A DNA stretch of 64,000 bases from Planctomycetaceae bacterium. GTDB lineage: Bacteria; Planctomycetota; Planctomycetia; Pirellulales; UBA1268. Location of the stretch: NCBI GenBank assembly GCA_011523305.1, contig WTHB01000164.1, positions 13,922 through 77,921 of the forward strand. Direction: 5' to 3'. Shown here piece by piece: positions 11,170-19,555 of this stretch. Numbering within the stretch: position 1 is the stretch's first letter; the number at the start of each line of letters is the position of its first letter. The position numbers and the translations under genes are program-made. Below the pieces are notes generated by a model. That model ran no database searches. It saw only the letters and a list, made by a program, of their open reading frames with translations, and was not told where the DNA came from.

Positions 11170-13020
11170 TCAGCGTTCCCATCGCATGGTGCTGAAAGCA
11201 GGCTCGTCGCCCTGCCAGGCAGTGCCCAGTTCTTTTCGTGTTTGTTTTCCGTTCACGGTAGCCTTCAGGGTTTCCTGCTCGCCCAGCCGAAGTTCCTTGA
11301 GCCCTTGCCAGGTGTTCAGGGTGTCTCCCTGAGCGTTCTGGAAATCTTCGGGAGAAAGAATCACGGGCTGAAAGGCTGGCCCGCCAGTCAACGCAATTTC
11401 GGTGGCATAGGCATCGAGACCAACCACGAGTTTATTCGGGGAGGCGGACTGGACAGAAAACGCGAGGCGGGAATCTGTTGGGGCCTTGTAGAAGCGGTCA
11501 TAGATTTTATGCGTGCTGCGGCCCCACTTCTCCGGCCGGTAAGTGAACCATTCATGCTCCCAACCGGGGCCGAAGGTTTCGACGACGAGGGACGGTGGAC
11601 GTGTGGCTTGAACTCCTGCGGTGGCCAGGTCGTTTGCAGATCGCATTTCCATGCGGGACGAGAGGACGAACTGCTTCGTCGTGGAAACACGGTAGTAATA
11701 GCCAGCAGAGGTGACGGGCTTCGGTAAGTCGTAGCGGACATTGGCGTAGGCCCACAAAGGTCGATCGACATCAGACAAGGGCAGGTTGGCCGTCCAGCCG
11801 TGGTCGGTCTCGGTCGCGGGAACGTGATGCCAGAACCGATTGATCGCATCTCCACCAGTTGGGTCTCCCTGCCGAGTAAAGAAGACATCGACCGACTGGA
11901 TGGGCAGGGACGCATCAGGCTGCACCACGCACGCGGGGATGCCGGTGGCGGTCTCCAGTTGCAGGAGAAAGCCTGGTGTCTTTGGCAGATGGCAAGTGCC
12001 CTTGAGGATCTGGTCGAACCAGAGTTGGCTGGCCACCTCGTATTCGGCTGTGTCTTGATGGTTGTGATGCGGCGCGCACGTGACACGCCAGTCGACACTC
12101 TTGATTTCATCGAGTGCTAACTGCAGGTCATTGATTCGACCGTGAAAGTCGTTGGCTGGGCTGAGGAAGAAAATGGGGCAGGACAACCGCGTGAGGAATA
12201 CATCATCCGCAATCGTGTCTTCATACAGTGTGCTTGCATTGCTGCGGTCACTGATCCCGCCACAGGATGGCGCGGCCGCCTTGACTCGATCGTCTGACCC
12301 GGCCGTCATGACGGTGATTTTGCCGCCCATGGAATGGCCATAGACCCCGAGCCGACTGCCATCGACCTCTTGTTGCTGCTCTAAAAAGGTCAACGCCCGG
12401 CGGGCGGCGAGCGTGCAGAGAAACCAGGGACTGTTTCGTGGGGAGGGTACGGGGTCGAGCGTCCACACTGCCGGGGCGACGCTGGGAAACTGATTGCCAG
12501 GGTTCCGACTCGGGGCGTGGTAGCCATCGACGTGCCCCCACTCGGTGGTGACACGGTATTGGGGATGCTCAGTCTTGTTGTCCCAGAACAATTTCACGAC
12601 CGCTGGATTCACGAGGTAGTCGGGCGCAGCGATCCGGCCAGCCCAGGCAATCGAGATGGTCGCGTAGCCCCGTTTTGCATTGGTGAGTGGGGCCTTGAAG
12701 TCCGCGTACTGCCCTCCCCCGTGAATCTGAACGAGGCCGGGAAGATTCTGCTGCCCGATGGGGACGCCATAGACGGCAGCCATCATGGCCGTTTTGCCGT
12801 GAAAGACTCCGACGCGGTAGCGAAGAACCTTGAGGCTGACCCCGTCCTCTTCCCACTCGCGAAGGACTTCCACCTCCAGTGGTTCAGCACGGGGATCAAA
12901 TCCATCCCACATCGCGTCTCCTGTCGCTGGAGGCCGCTCGTCAACGAGCGGAGGAAGCGTCTCCGGAGCCGGAGCGGTGAGGAGGGTGGCAAGCAGCAAG
13001 CCGACGCAAGAAACAAGCAC
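11170..13020 (-). CDS. secreted alpha/beta-hydrolase (acetyl-xylan-esterase/dienelactone-hydrolase-like) with large C-terminal domain
   Basis: Signal-like N-terminus MLVSCVGLLLATLLTAPAPE. Nucleophile elbow LGVYGHSMGGK. Oxyanion-region-like LVQIHGGGQYAD. About 270 extra C-terminal residues have no family I recognise. Confidence 0.8.
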   Translation of the reverse strand: MLVSCVGLLLATLLTAPAPETLPPLVDERPPATGDAMWDGFDPRAEPLEVEVLREWEEDGVSLKVLRYRVGVFHGKTAMMAAVYGVPIGQQNLPGLVQIHGGGQYADFKAPLTNAKRGYATISIAWAGRIAAPDYLVNPAVVKLFWDNKTEHPQYRVTTEWGHVDGYHAPSRNPGNQFPSVAPAVWTLDPVPSPRNSPWFLCTLAARRALTFLEQQQEVDGSRLGVYGHSMGGKITVMTAGSDDRVKAAAPSCGGISDRSNASTLYEDTIADDVFLTRLSCPIFFLSPANDFHGRINDLQLALDEIKSVDWRVTCAPHHNHQDTAEYEVASQLWFDQILKGTCHLPKTPGFLLQLETATGIPACVVQPDASLPIQSVDVFFTRQGDPTGGDAINRFWHHVPATETDHGWTANLPLSDVDRPLWAYANVRYDLPKPVTSAGYYYRVSTTKQFVLSSRMEMRSANDLATAGVQATRPPSLVVETFGPGWEHEWFTYRPEKWGRSTHKIYDRFYKAPTDSRLAFSVQSASPNKLVVGLDAYATEIALTGGPAFQPVILSPEDFQNAQGDTLNTWQGLKELRLGEQETLKATVNGKQTRKELGTAWQGDEPAFSTMRWER

Positions 13021-13414
13021 GTGAAAATCCTCGACGAAGAACCTGAAAAACGAATGTTCCGCAGTGCCTGTCCTTACGAGTGTATGCCGACCCGAGCGAT
13101 GCTGCCGCCGCTCTTGCCTGGTGGCCTGTTTCCGGGGCGGCGGCAGGTTTCTGGCCCCAGCAGTGGAGAGACGTGGTGTTGGGGGCCGTCTCGAGCCCTC
13201 TGGGGGGCAGCCTTTTCGGAGCCTGATTCCGCGAGGCTTGTGAACCTGCCAGTACCTGCCCTAGTCTCTCAAGACCTCGTTTATGCACGCGTTCATGGGT
13301 GCCCGCTTGGGGAACTCCGTCCGCACGCATCGTGGCCAGTCAGTAGCGTGGGGTGCTGCCGGCGGCCGTCATTCGACGGGCAGGCTGGGGCACCCTTTCT
13401 TTGGAGTTCTTCAC

Positions 13415-14386
13415 ATGTCGAATCGGCGAACCTTTCTCGCAGGTGGGCTTGCAGCTGCTGCGATGGGCCCAGTTTCTTCTGTCGCTCAGGAGGCTTCGTC
13501 ACAGGTTCCTCCGCCAGTGAAGGGCGGTTCTCGCAGTACGCATCCGATCGCACTCTCCACCTATTCATTGTGGCGATTCCGGAATGATGAGCTGCGTGAT
13601 CTAGATCGATGCATCGATCTTGCCGATGAGTTTGGCTTCGACGGCATTGAGTTCCTTCTCTACCAGATTGGGCAGAACGAACTGATAAGCCGCTCTAGAA
13701 TGATGGCGTATAAGCGGCGGGCCCAGCGGCTTGGCCTGACGATCGTGGGGCTCTCGACGCACCAAAGTTTTGTCACACCAGATGCTGAGAAGCGGCGATT
13801 CAACATCGACCGAACGATTGCTCAGATTGAGATCGCTGCTGATCTTGGTATTCCGGTGATCCGGGTGAACACCGGCACTTGGGGGACGTCGAAAGATTTT
13901 GATGAACTCATGGCCCGTCGCGGCATCGAGCCTCCAATCGAAGGCTATACCGAGGAGGACGCGTATCCTTGGGTCATCGAGGCATTCGAGGCGTGCCTGC
14001 CGACAGCTGAGCGACTGGGCGTGGTGCTCGGGCTCGAGAACCATTGGGGGCTTGGCCTGACGCCCGAAGGGATTTTACGAATCATCAATGCAGTGGATTC
14101 GCCGTGGCTACAGGTCACGACCGACACCGGGAATTTCCTTGAGGACCCGTACGATCGGCTCGCCAAACTCGCGCCGCACACGGTGCTTGTCCAGGCGAAG
14201 ACCTATTTTGGTGGCGGTCAGTGGTACACACTTGATCTCGACTACCCGCGGATTGGCAGGATTCTTGCTGAACATGGCTACCGTGGCTGGATCTCACTCG
14301 AATTTGAGGGCATGGAGGACTGGCGGACTGCGATCCCGAAAAGCCTTGCCCTGTTACGGTCCTCATTCCCGCGGCAGCCGGCATAG
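13415..14386 (+). CDS. Tat-exported xylose-isomerase-like TIM-barrel protein (sugar phosphate isomerase/epimerase family)
   Basis: ATG at 13415 gives the twin-arginine signal MSNRRTFLAGGLAAAAMGP. The 44 upstream codons of the tracked ORF are rejected. TIM-barrel family blocks are FGFDGIEF, IPVIRVNTG and VVLGLENHWG. Confidence 0.85.
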   Translation: MSNRRTFLAGGLAAAAMGPVSSVAQEASSQVPPPVKGGSRSTHPIALSTYSLWRFRNDELRDLDRCIDLADEFGFDGIEFLLYQIGQNELISRSRMMAYKRRAQRLGLTIVGLSTHQSFVTPDAEKRRFNIDRTIAQIEIAADLGIPVIRVNTGTWGTSKDFDELMARRGIEPPIEGYTEEDAYPWVIEAFEACLPTAERLGVVLGLENHWGLGLTPEGILRIINAVDSPWLQVTTDTGNFLEDPYDRLAKLAPHTVLVQAKTYFGGGQWYTLDLDYPRIGRILAEHGYRGWISLEFEGMEDWRTAIPKSLALLRSSFPRQPA

Positions 14387-14637
14387 TGGGAAGACAATTC
14401 AGCAGCACGCTGAAGTAGTCAGCAACTGAAGGGGCTGCTTGCCAGTCGAATGTGCGGAGCGAATCTTTGCCTGAACAGGCCTGCCGCTCATGCGGCTGCT
14501 CTGGCCCGGCAGGAATGCTCCGTCGCAGAGATTGCTTCCACCCCCCCTGCCCTCGCCACAGATAGTTGCTAGGAGCCAAGAAAGATCCTGGCGGCTCGCT
14601 GCATGGCGTTGCGGCAAAGGCCTGTCGAAGCAATCGC

Positions 14638-15543
14638 CTAGTCGACAACAGCGGCAGTCTGCCCCGGCGTGGTCGTGCCGGGCGGTAACTCCAGAATCCG
14701 GATCGCGCGAAAATGGACCTCTGATCCCTCTGACTCAAGGCAGAGGTAGCCTTTCCGAACTGAGGAGTCTGTGATCTCGTTGACGAATTTGCCATTGATG
14801 GAAAGGTGGACCGTCCCGTCAACACACACAACGTCGTAACGATTCCACTCGCCCCAGCCCTTGCACCGCAGTTCCGTTGCCATGCTGCGGGCACCTCGAG
14901 GGTTGTGGGGGGTGGCCGTAAGACCTCCGGCACCAAAAAGTTCTCCTGAGATGTAGCCAATGTGATTCGGCTTGCCCTGCGCTTTGGGATGTTGGTTGAT
15001 CCAGTCGAGTTCGAGCATTTGAACTTCCATGCCCTTGGGAAGCCGGTTTGCCGTGTTGGCAGTTCCCTCGCTCCAAACGAACACACCCGAGTTTCCGCCC
15101 GGCTTCATGTGTCGCCACTCAATGTGAAGGATGAAGTTTTCATACTGACGGGCTGACCTCATTACACCGATTGGCTGACCGCTGCAGACCAGAATTCCGT
15201 CGGCCACGGTCCAGGTGTCGATCGCGGTATTCACGTTGACCCAGCCGGTCAAATCCCGGCCATTGAAGAGATCGACAAAATGCGGTGCGGCTGCGGGCGT
15301 CTCGGTCGAGGGAAGATCGGTTGCGGCCACCGGCAATCCTGCAGCGGGCTCGGCCACGGTGTCACGCGGAATGATGAAAGAGCACAGGCAAAGGATCGCG
15401 GTCACTGAGGTCGCAGAGTGCTTCTGAACATGTGAAGATGCTCCTCGTCGGCTGCGTCTCGTAGGGATCTGTATGCTGGGAAACGAGATGGCGTTCTCCG
15501 AGGCCAAGCTGTGCACTCCAGCGGTGTCAGCAGACGTTCTCAT
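14638..15543 (-). CDS. DUF1080 / 3-keto-disaccharide-hydrolase-domain protein, secreted
   Basis: Typical DUF1080 opening [15 protein letters not shown]...[10 protein letters not shown]. Also [21 protein letters not shown] and the C-terminal [18 protein letters not shown]. The start is uncertain and the real start may be internal to the tracked 301 codons. Confidence 0.85.
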   Translation of the reverse strand: MRTSADTAGVHSLASENAISFPSIQIPTRRSRRGASSHVQKHSATSVTAILCLCSFIIPRDTVAEPAAGLPVAATDLPSTETPAAAPHFVDLFNGRDLTGWVNVNTAIDTWTVADGILVCSGQPIGVMRSARQYENFILHIEWRHMKPGGNSGVFVWSEGTANTANRLPKGMEVQMLELDWINQHPKAQGKPNHIGYISGELFGAGGLTATPHNPRGARSMATELRCKGWGEWNRYDVVCVDGTVHLSINGKFVNEITDSSVRKGYLCLESEGSEVHFRAIRILELPPGTTTPGQTAAVVD

Positions 15544-15963
15544 GGTGAGAGTCCCTCCCTTGGTTGTGGCGTCGCAGGATGCCTTGATCGTGAGCGTAGG
15601 ATGAGTTTGGGGGAATTTTCAGGCACCTTGCAAAGCGTTGTTGCTCCTGCGGAGTGCCGGAATGATTGCGTCGTGAATTGTACGGGACGCACCCCGCTCT
15701 CGGTATCGCCGAGGCCAAGAGCAATGGCGACAAAGTCGTGCCTCAGGACTGTGCTCTGCCGCACTAGTGGAGGGTCCCTCGCTGTCGATTCTCCTGTGGT
15801 ATCGAAGCCGAGAAGTCCCCAAGTCGTCGCTGCTGGTGTCAATGCATTTCGCTGGATGGGGCGAACTGACGGTTGAGTTCGGCTTCACGCTTGCCGCTTG
15901 CGGTGTTGGTCGCTGGTATACTTCCGAGAAGGGCTCTGCAGAACGAGAAAGGACAGGCAGGCG

Positions 15964-17412
15964 ATGTTAGTGAGTAAAGTTGCCAGGTCGAATGGTCTTA
16001 CGGTGATGCTTTGGGCTATCGCTATGTACATCGGTGCGGCCTGTTCGGGTGCAGCATCTGGAGCGGCGATCGAAAAGCCCAACATTTTTTTCATTATGGT
16101 GGACGACCTGGGCAAGGAGTGGATCAGTTGTTACGGCGCTGAAGACATCGAAACCCCACACATCGATGCCCTCGCGGCCAGTGGAATGGTGTTTCACAAC
16201 GCGTATTCGATGCCGCAGTGCACGCCATCACGAGCGACGCTCCTCACTGGGACCTATCCCTGGCGAAATGGGTTTGTAAATCACTGGGACGTTCCCCGCT
16301 GGGGCGTTGGCTATTTCGATTGGCGATTCAACACGACCTTTGCCCGGCTGATGAAAGACCTCGGGTATGCGACCTGCGCGGCCGGGAAGTGGCAAATTAA
16401 CGATTTTCGGATTGAGCCGCAGGCCATGAGCAAGCATGGATTCGATGACTGGGCCATGTGGACGGGCTACGAAACTGGTAATGAACCGAGTTTCGAGCGT
16501 TATCAGGACGCCTACGTGAATACACCTGCGGGCAGTAAAGCCTATGTCGGGGAGTTTGGGCCGGACATCTATGCAGAGCATCTGATTCGTTTCGCCACAG
16601 CCCACAAAGACGAGCCGATGTGCCTCTATTTCCCAATGGCTCTCACGCATGGGCCGCTTGTCGGTACGCCCGATGAGCCTGACGCAAGGTTCCCGCTGGA
16701 AAAGCACAAGGCGATGGTTCGCTACATGGACAAACTCGTAGGGCGACTGGTGGATGCCGTCGATGATCTCGGCATTCGTGACCGCACCATTATTCTCTTT
16801 ACGACAGACAATGGCTCGACCGGCTCGATTACCGGCACGCGGGCTGGCCAGAAGATCAAGGGGGCCAAGGCGAAGGAGTTGGAGGCGGGGGTCTGCGCGC
16901 CATTCCTGGTGAACTGCCCCGGCCTCGTCCCTGCGGGCGTGGAAACAGATGCCCTGACGGACTTCACTGATCTGCTGCCAACATTCGTGGAACTTGGGGG
17001 CGGGAGGGTTCCAGTGGATCTCACGGTTGACGGCGTGTCGATTGCGCCGGTGATTCTCGGCAAGGAATCAGATTCACCTCGCGACTGGATCATGGCGATG
17101 GGGCACGGTGCCGCCCAACTGGATGCAAAGGGTGTGCGGGGAAGAGACAAGTTTGCAACGCGGGTTGTTCGGGATAAGCGATTCAAGGCCTGGGTTTCCT
17201 CGGCAAAAGAAATTGTTCGCCTCCACGACCTCAGGGAAGATCCCTGGGAAACCACGAACCTCCTCACGAGCGATCGCAAGGAGGTCGTGAAGGCCCTGCA
17301 GAAGTTTCAGGCAGTGGTTGACAAACTCCCTGACACCGATGGCCGCCCCGCCTACACGCCGAGGGCAGCGAACCCCTGGGATCGGCAGACCAAGCAGCGA
17401 TCGGCAAAATAG
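15964..17412 (+). CDS. formylglycine-dependent sulfatase
   Basis: ATG at 15964 gives MLVSKVARSNGLTVMLWAIAMYIGAACSGAASG. Signature is PNIFFIMVDDLG...CTPSRATLLTG. Confidence 0.92.
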   Translation: MLVSKVARSNGLTVMLWAIAMYIGAACSGAASGAAIEKPNIFFIMVDDLGKEWISCYGAEDIETPHIDALAASGMVFHNAYSMPQCTPSRATLLTGTYPWRNGFVNHWDVPRWGVGYFDWRFNTTFARLMKDLGYATCAAGKWQINDFRIEPQAMSKHGFDDWAMWTGYETGNEPSFERYQDAYVNTPAGSKAYVGEFGPDIYAEHLIRFATAHKDEPMCLYFPMALTHGPLVGTPDEPDARFPLEKHKAMVRYMDKLVGRLVDAVDDLGIRDRTIILFTTDNGSTGSITGTRAGQKIKGAKAKELEAGVCAPFLVNCPGLVPAGVETDALTDFTDLLPTFVELGGGRVPVDLTVDGVSIAPVILGKESDSPRDWIMAMGHGAAQLDAKGVRGRDKFATRVVRDKRFKAWVSSAKEIVRLHDLREDPWETTNLLTSDRKEVVKALQKFQAVVDKLPDTDGRPAYTPRAANPWDRQTKQRSAK

Positions 17413-17602
17413 GTCGCCAGGCGTTCGGGCCGTCCGCAAGATGCCGGAAAGAAGCCCACCGTTCTTTCTGGCCATCTTTTTTTCTTGCGAAAGATTGAGC
17501 GTGAGTTGTACGGTCAGATGTCCGCGCAGTTTTTTCTGCGATCTCGGCGCTCCGAAAAGTGCCGGTGACCGTGCAGCGCTCTTGGAGGCAATTGATCAAG
17601 GC

Positions 17603-18559
17603 ATGACAGACGTCGAAAAACCATCAGGCCGGAGGCACTTCCTCAAAGTGGCATCCGTCGGGAGTGCATCACTTGCCGCGGGAGGTCCTTTCGAATCCGC
17701 CAATGCAGGCGAAGGCAAGCCGCAGGAGGAGTCCAAAGCGCCTCGCAGCCGTAGGGAAAAGCAGGTCGACCTCCTCTTTCTTGGCACAGGTGCGGCGAAT
17801 TGGCCACGCAGGTATCCACCGTTGCAGAAAAAGCTCTCCAGGGGGGAAGTGCGTGGCATGTCGTCGATGCTGGTCAACGAACATCTTCTGGTTGATTGTG
17901 GGCCCACCGTGCTCGATGTGATGAAGCGATATGACGTGAATCCCGCAGGCGTCAGCGACATCCTGCTGACTCATACGCACTCAGATCACTTGCATCCAAG
18001 CAGCATTGAGGCCATCGCGAATGCAAGGGATGATGGGCTGGGGCCTTTGCGGTTCTGGGGAGACCCGGCAGCACTCACGCAAGTGCCAGACTCGGATCAC
18101 ATTGAGAAGCGCCCTGTCGGGATCGAGCAGCCTTTCACCATTGATGCATTCACGGTCACCGGCCTTGCGTCCAACCATTATGTGGAAGATTCAAAAGAGA
18201 CCTGCCTGATCTACCTGCTCGAGACAGCTGGAAGGAGCCTTCTTTACGCGACCGATACCGGCTGGTTGCCCACACACACCTCGATCTACCTGAGAAAGAA
18301 GCAGCTCGATGCTGTCGTCTGGGATGCCACGATGGGCGAGGGAACGGGAGATCCTCGAATTTTCGGTCACAACGACCTGACCATGATTCGACACATGAAC
18401 CAGACTCTTGCAAGTCAAAAGGTATTGAAGCCGGATGCAAAAATCATCCTCACGCATCTGGCGAAAAACCTTCATCCAGTCCACGAAATGTTGGAAAAGC
18501 GTCTGTTGCCCGAAGGCCTGATCCCCGCCTATGACGGCATGGCTGTTGTGTTTGAGTGA
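17603..18559 (+). CDS. Tat-exported metallo-beta-lactamase-fold hydrolase
   Basis: ATG at 17603 gives the twin-arginine signal MTDVEKPSGRRHFLKVASVGSASLAAG. The 95 upstream codons of the tracked ORF are rejected. HxHxDH motif is present in ILLTHTHSDHL. Confidence 0.82.
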   Translation: MTDVEKPSGRRHFLKVASVGSASLAAGGPFESANAGEGKPQEESKAPRSRREKQVDLLFLGTGAANWPRRYPPLQKKLSRGEVRGMSSMLVNEHLLVDCGPTVLDVMKRYDVNPAGVSDILLTHTHSDHLHPSSIEAIANARDDGLGPLRFWGDPAALTQVPDSDHIEKRPVGIEQPFTIDAFTVTGLASNHYVEDSKETCLIYLLETAGRSLLYATDTGWLPTHTSIYLRKKQLDAVVWDATMGEGTGDPRIFGHNDLTMIRHMNQTLASQKVLKPDAKIILTHLAKNLHPVHEMLEKRLLPEGLIPAYDGMAVVFE

Positions 18560-18617
18560 GCTAGGATGTCTGAGTTCAATCAACGGTAAAGGGAGCGGAG
18601 GAGAGAAGGCACTGGCA

Positions 18618-19430
18618 ATGAAATTCACGAGTGCATGGTTCATCATCGTTTCTTGTTTTTTGGTTATGAGAACCGGCCAGGCGGCGGCAGATCCTGACGA
18701 GGACACGTCAGTCAAGGTGCGCGTCGCAGCGTACAACGTGGAGTTTGGAGCAAACGCCAGTCCGGAAGAGATCGGCAGAATGTTCAAGCCCTACAATCTC
18801 GACGTTCTTGGCTTGAACGAAGTTCCGGATGGCGACTGGACGGCACGCGTAGGCGAGGTGCTGGGCTTGCAGCACAGTTACGTTGGCAGGATTTCATCGG
18901 CGAATCATAAGGATAAATACAAGTCGATTCTCAGCCGGACGCCATTGAAAGGCACCATCGAACATAAACTGTGGGGTGTACGACGGCGCACGTGGAATCC
19001 TGCGTCAGTAGTTCGAGCCGCGACAGAAGTCGACGGTCTTGAAGTTGCGTTTTATTCACTCCATCTCTGTGCGTCAGGGGGAAGTGACGGGCATGCCTTT
19101 AGGCTGGCAAGCGAAGTCTTGCCGAAAGAGGCGGTAGGCCGGTTTGTTCTCCTTGGAGATTTCAACAACAGGATCGGTGACGAGGCCATCAACACGATTG
19201 AGGCAGCGGGCATGCGGCCGATCTGGGAGGACCTCAGGATCGAGGTTTCTGGGAAGTCCACCTACAACGCCCTGAACCCTCAAAAGAATCTCGGGGTCAT
19301 TGATCATATATTTTTCAACACCGGCCCTGGTGCAAGGGCGAGTGATGGTGGCATCATCGAATTGAAGAAGCCCTTGTCTGACCACAAGCCGATCTGGGCG
19401 GAAATCACGTTCCCTCCGAGCCGGCCATAG
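18618..19430 (+). CDS. endonuclease/exonuclease/phosphatase (EEP) family protein, secreted
   Basis: ATG at 18618 is preceded by GGAGCGGAGGAGAG. Signal-like MKFTSAWFIIVSCFLVMRTGQAAA. EEP blocks are RVAAYNVEFG, LLGDFN and the C-terminal LSDHKPIWAEI. Confidence 0.82.
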   Translation: MKFTSAWFIIVSCFLVMRTGQAAADPDEDTSVKVRVAAYNVEFGANASPEEIGRMFKPYNLDVLGLNEVPDGDWTARVGEVLGLQHSYVGRISSANHKDKYKSILSRTPLKGTIEHKLWGVRRRTWNPASVVRAATEVDGLEVAFYSLHLCASGGSDGHAFRLASEVLPKEAVGRFVLLGDFNNRIGDEAINTIEAAGMRPIWEDLRIEVSGKSTYNALNPQKNLGVIDHIFFNTGPGARASDGGIIELKKPLSDHKPIWAEITFPPSRP

Positions 19431-19486
19431 AAAGTTTCGGCAAAAAAATGAATCTTCCGGCGGAAATAGTCTCTGACCGCTGCCAC

Positions 19487-19523
19487 GAAAAAGCCCCCGT
19501 GGCCCGGGTGGGCCACAGGGGCT
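19487..19523 (-). terminator. rho-independent terminator for the TIGR03000-domain gene
   Basis: Stem agcccccgtggccc (19492-19505), loop gggt, stem gggccacaggggct (19510-19523), with one C-A mismatch. On the minus strand a T-run follows (complement of the A-run just left of the stem). It lies 33 nt past the stop codon at 19556-19558. Confidence 0.7.
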
Positions 19524-19555
19524 GAGTTGGTCAAATTGCCTGCCGACTGAATCAA

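Noticed and set aside
12517-13587. 356-aa plus-strand ORF spanning the esterase gene 5' region and the intergenic spacer
   Set aside because: It is antisense to the esterase gene and out of frame with the TIM-barrel gene. It has no motifs.
14115-15086. 323-aa minus-strand ORF overlapping the TIM-barrel gene end and the DUF1080 gene in another frame
   Set aside because: No recognisable domain. The alternative frame at 14638-15543 carries clear DUF1080 blocks, and 13415-14386 carries the TIM-barrel blocks on the other strand.
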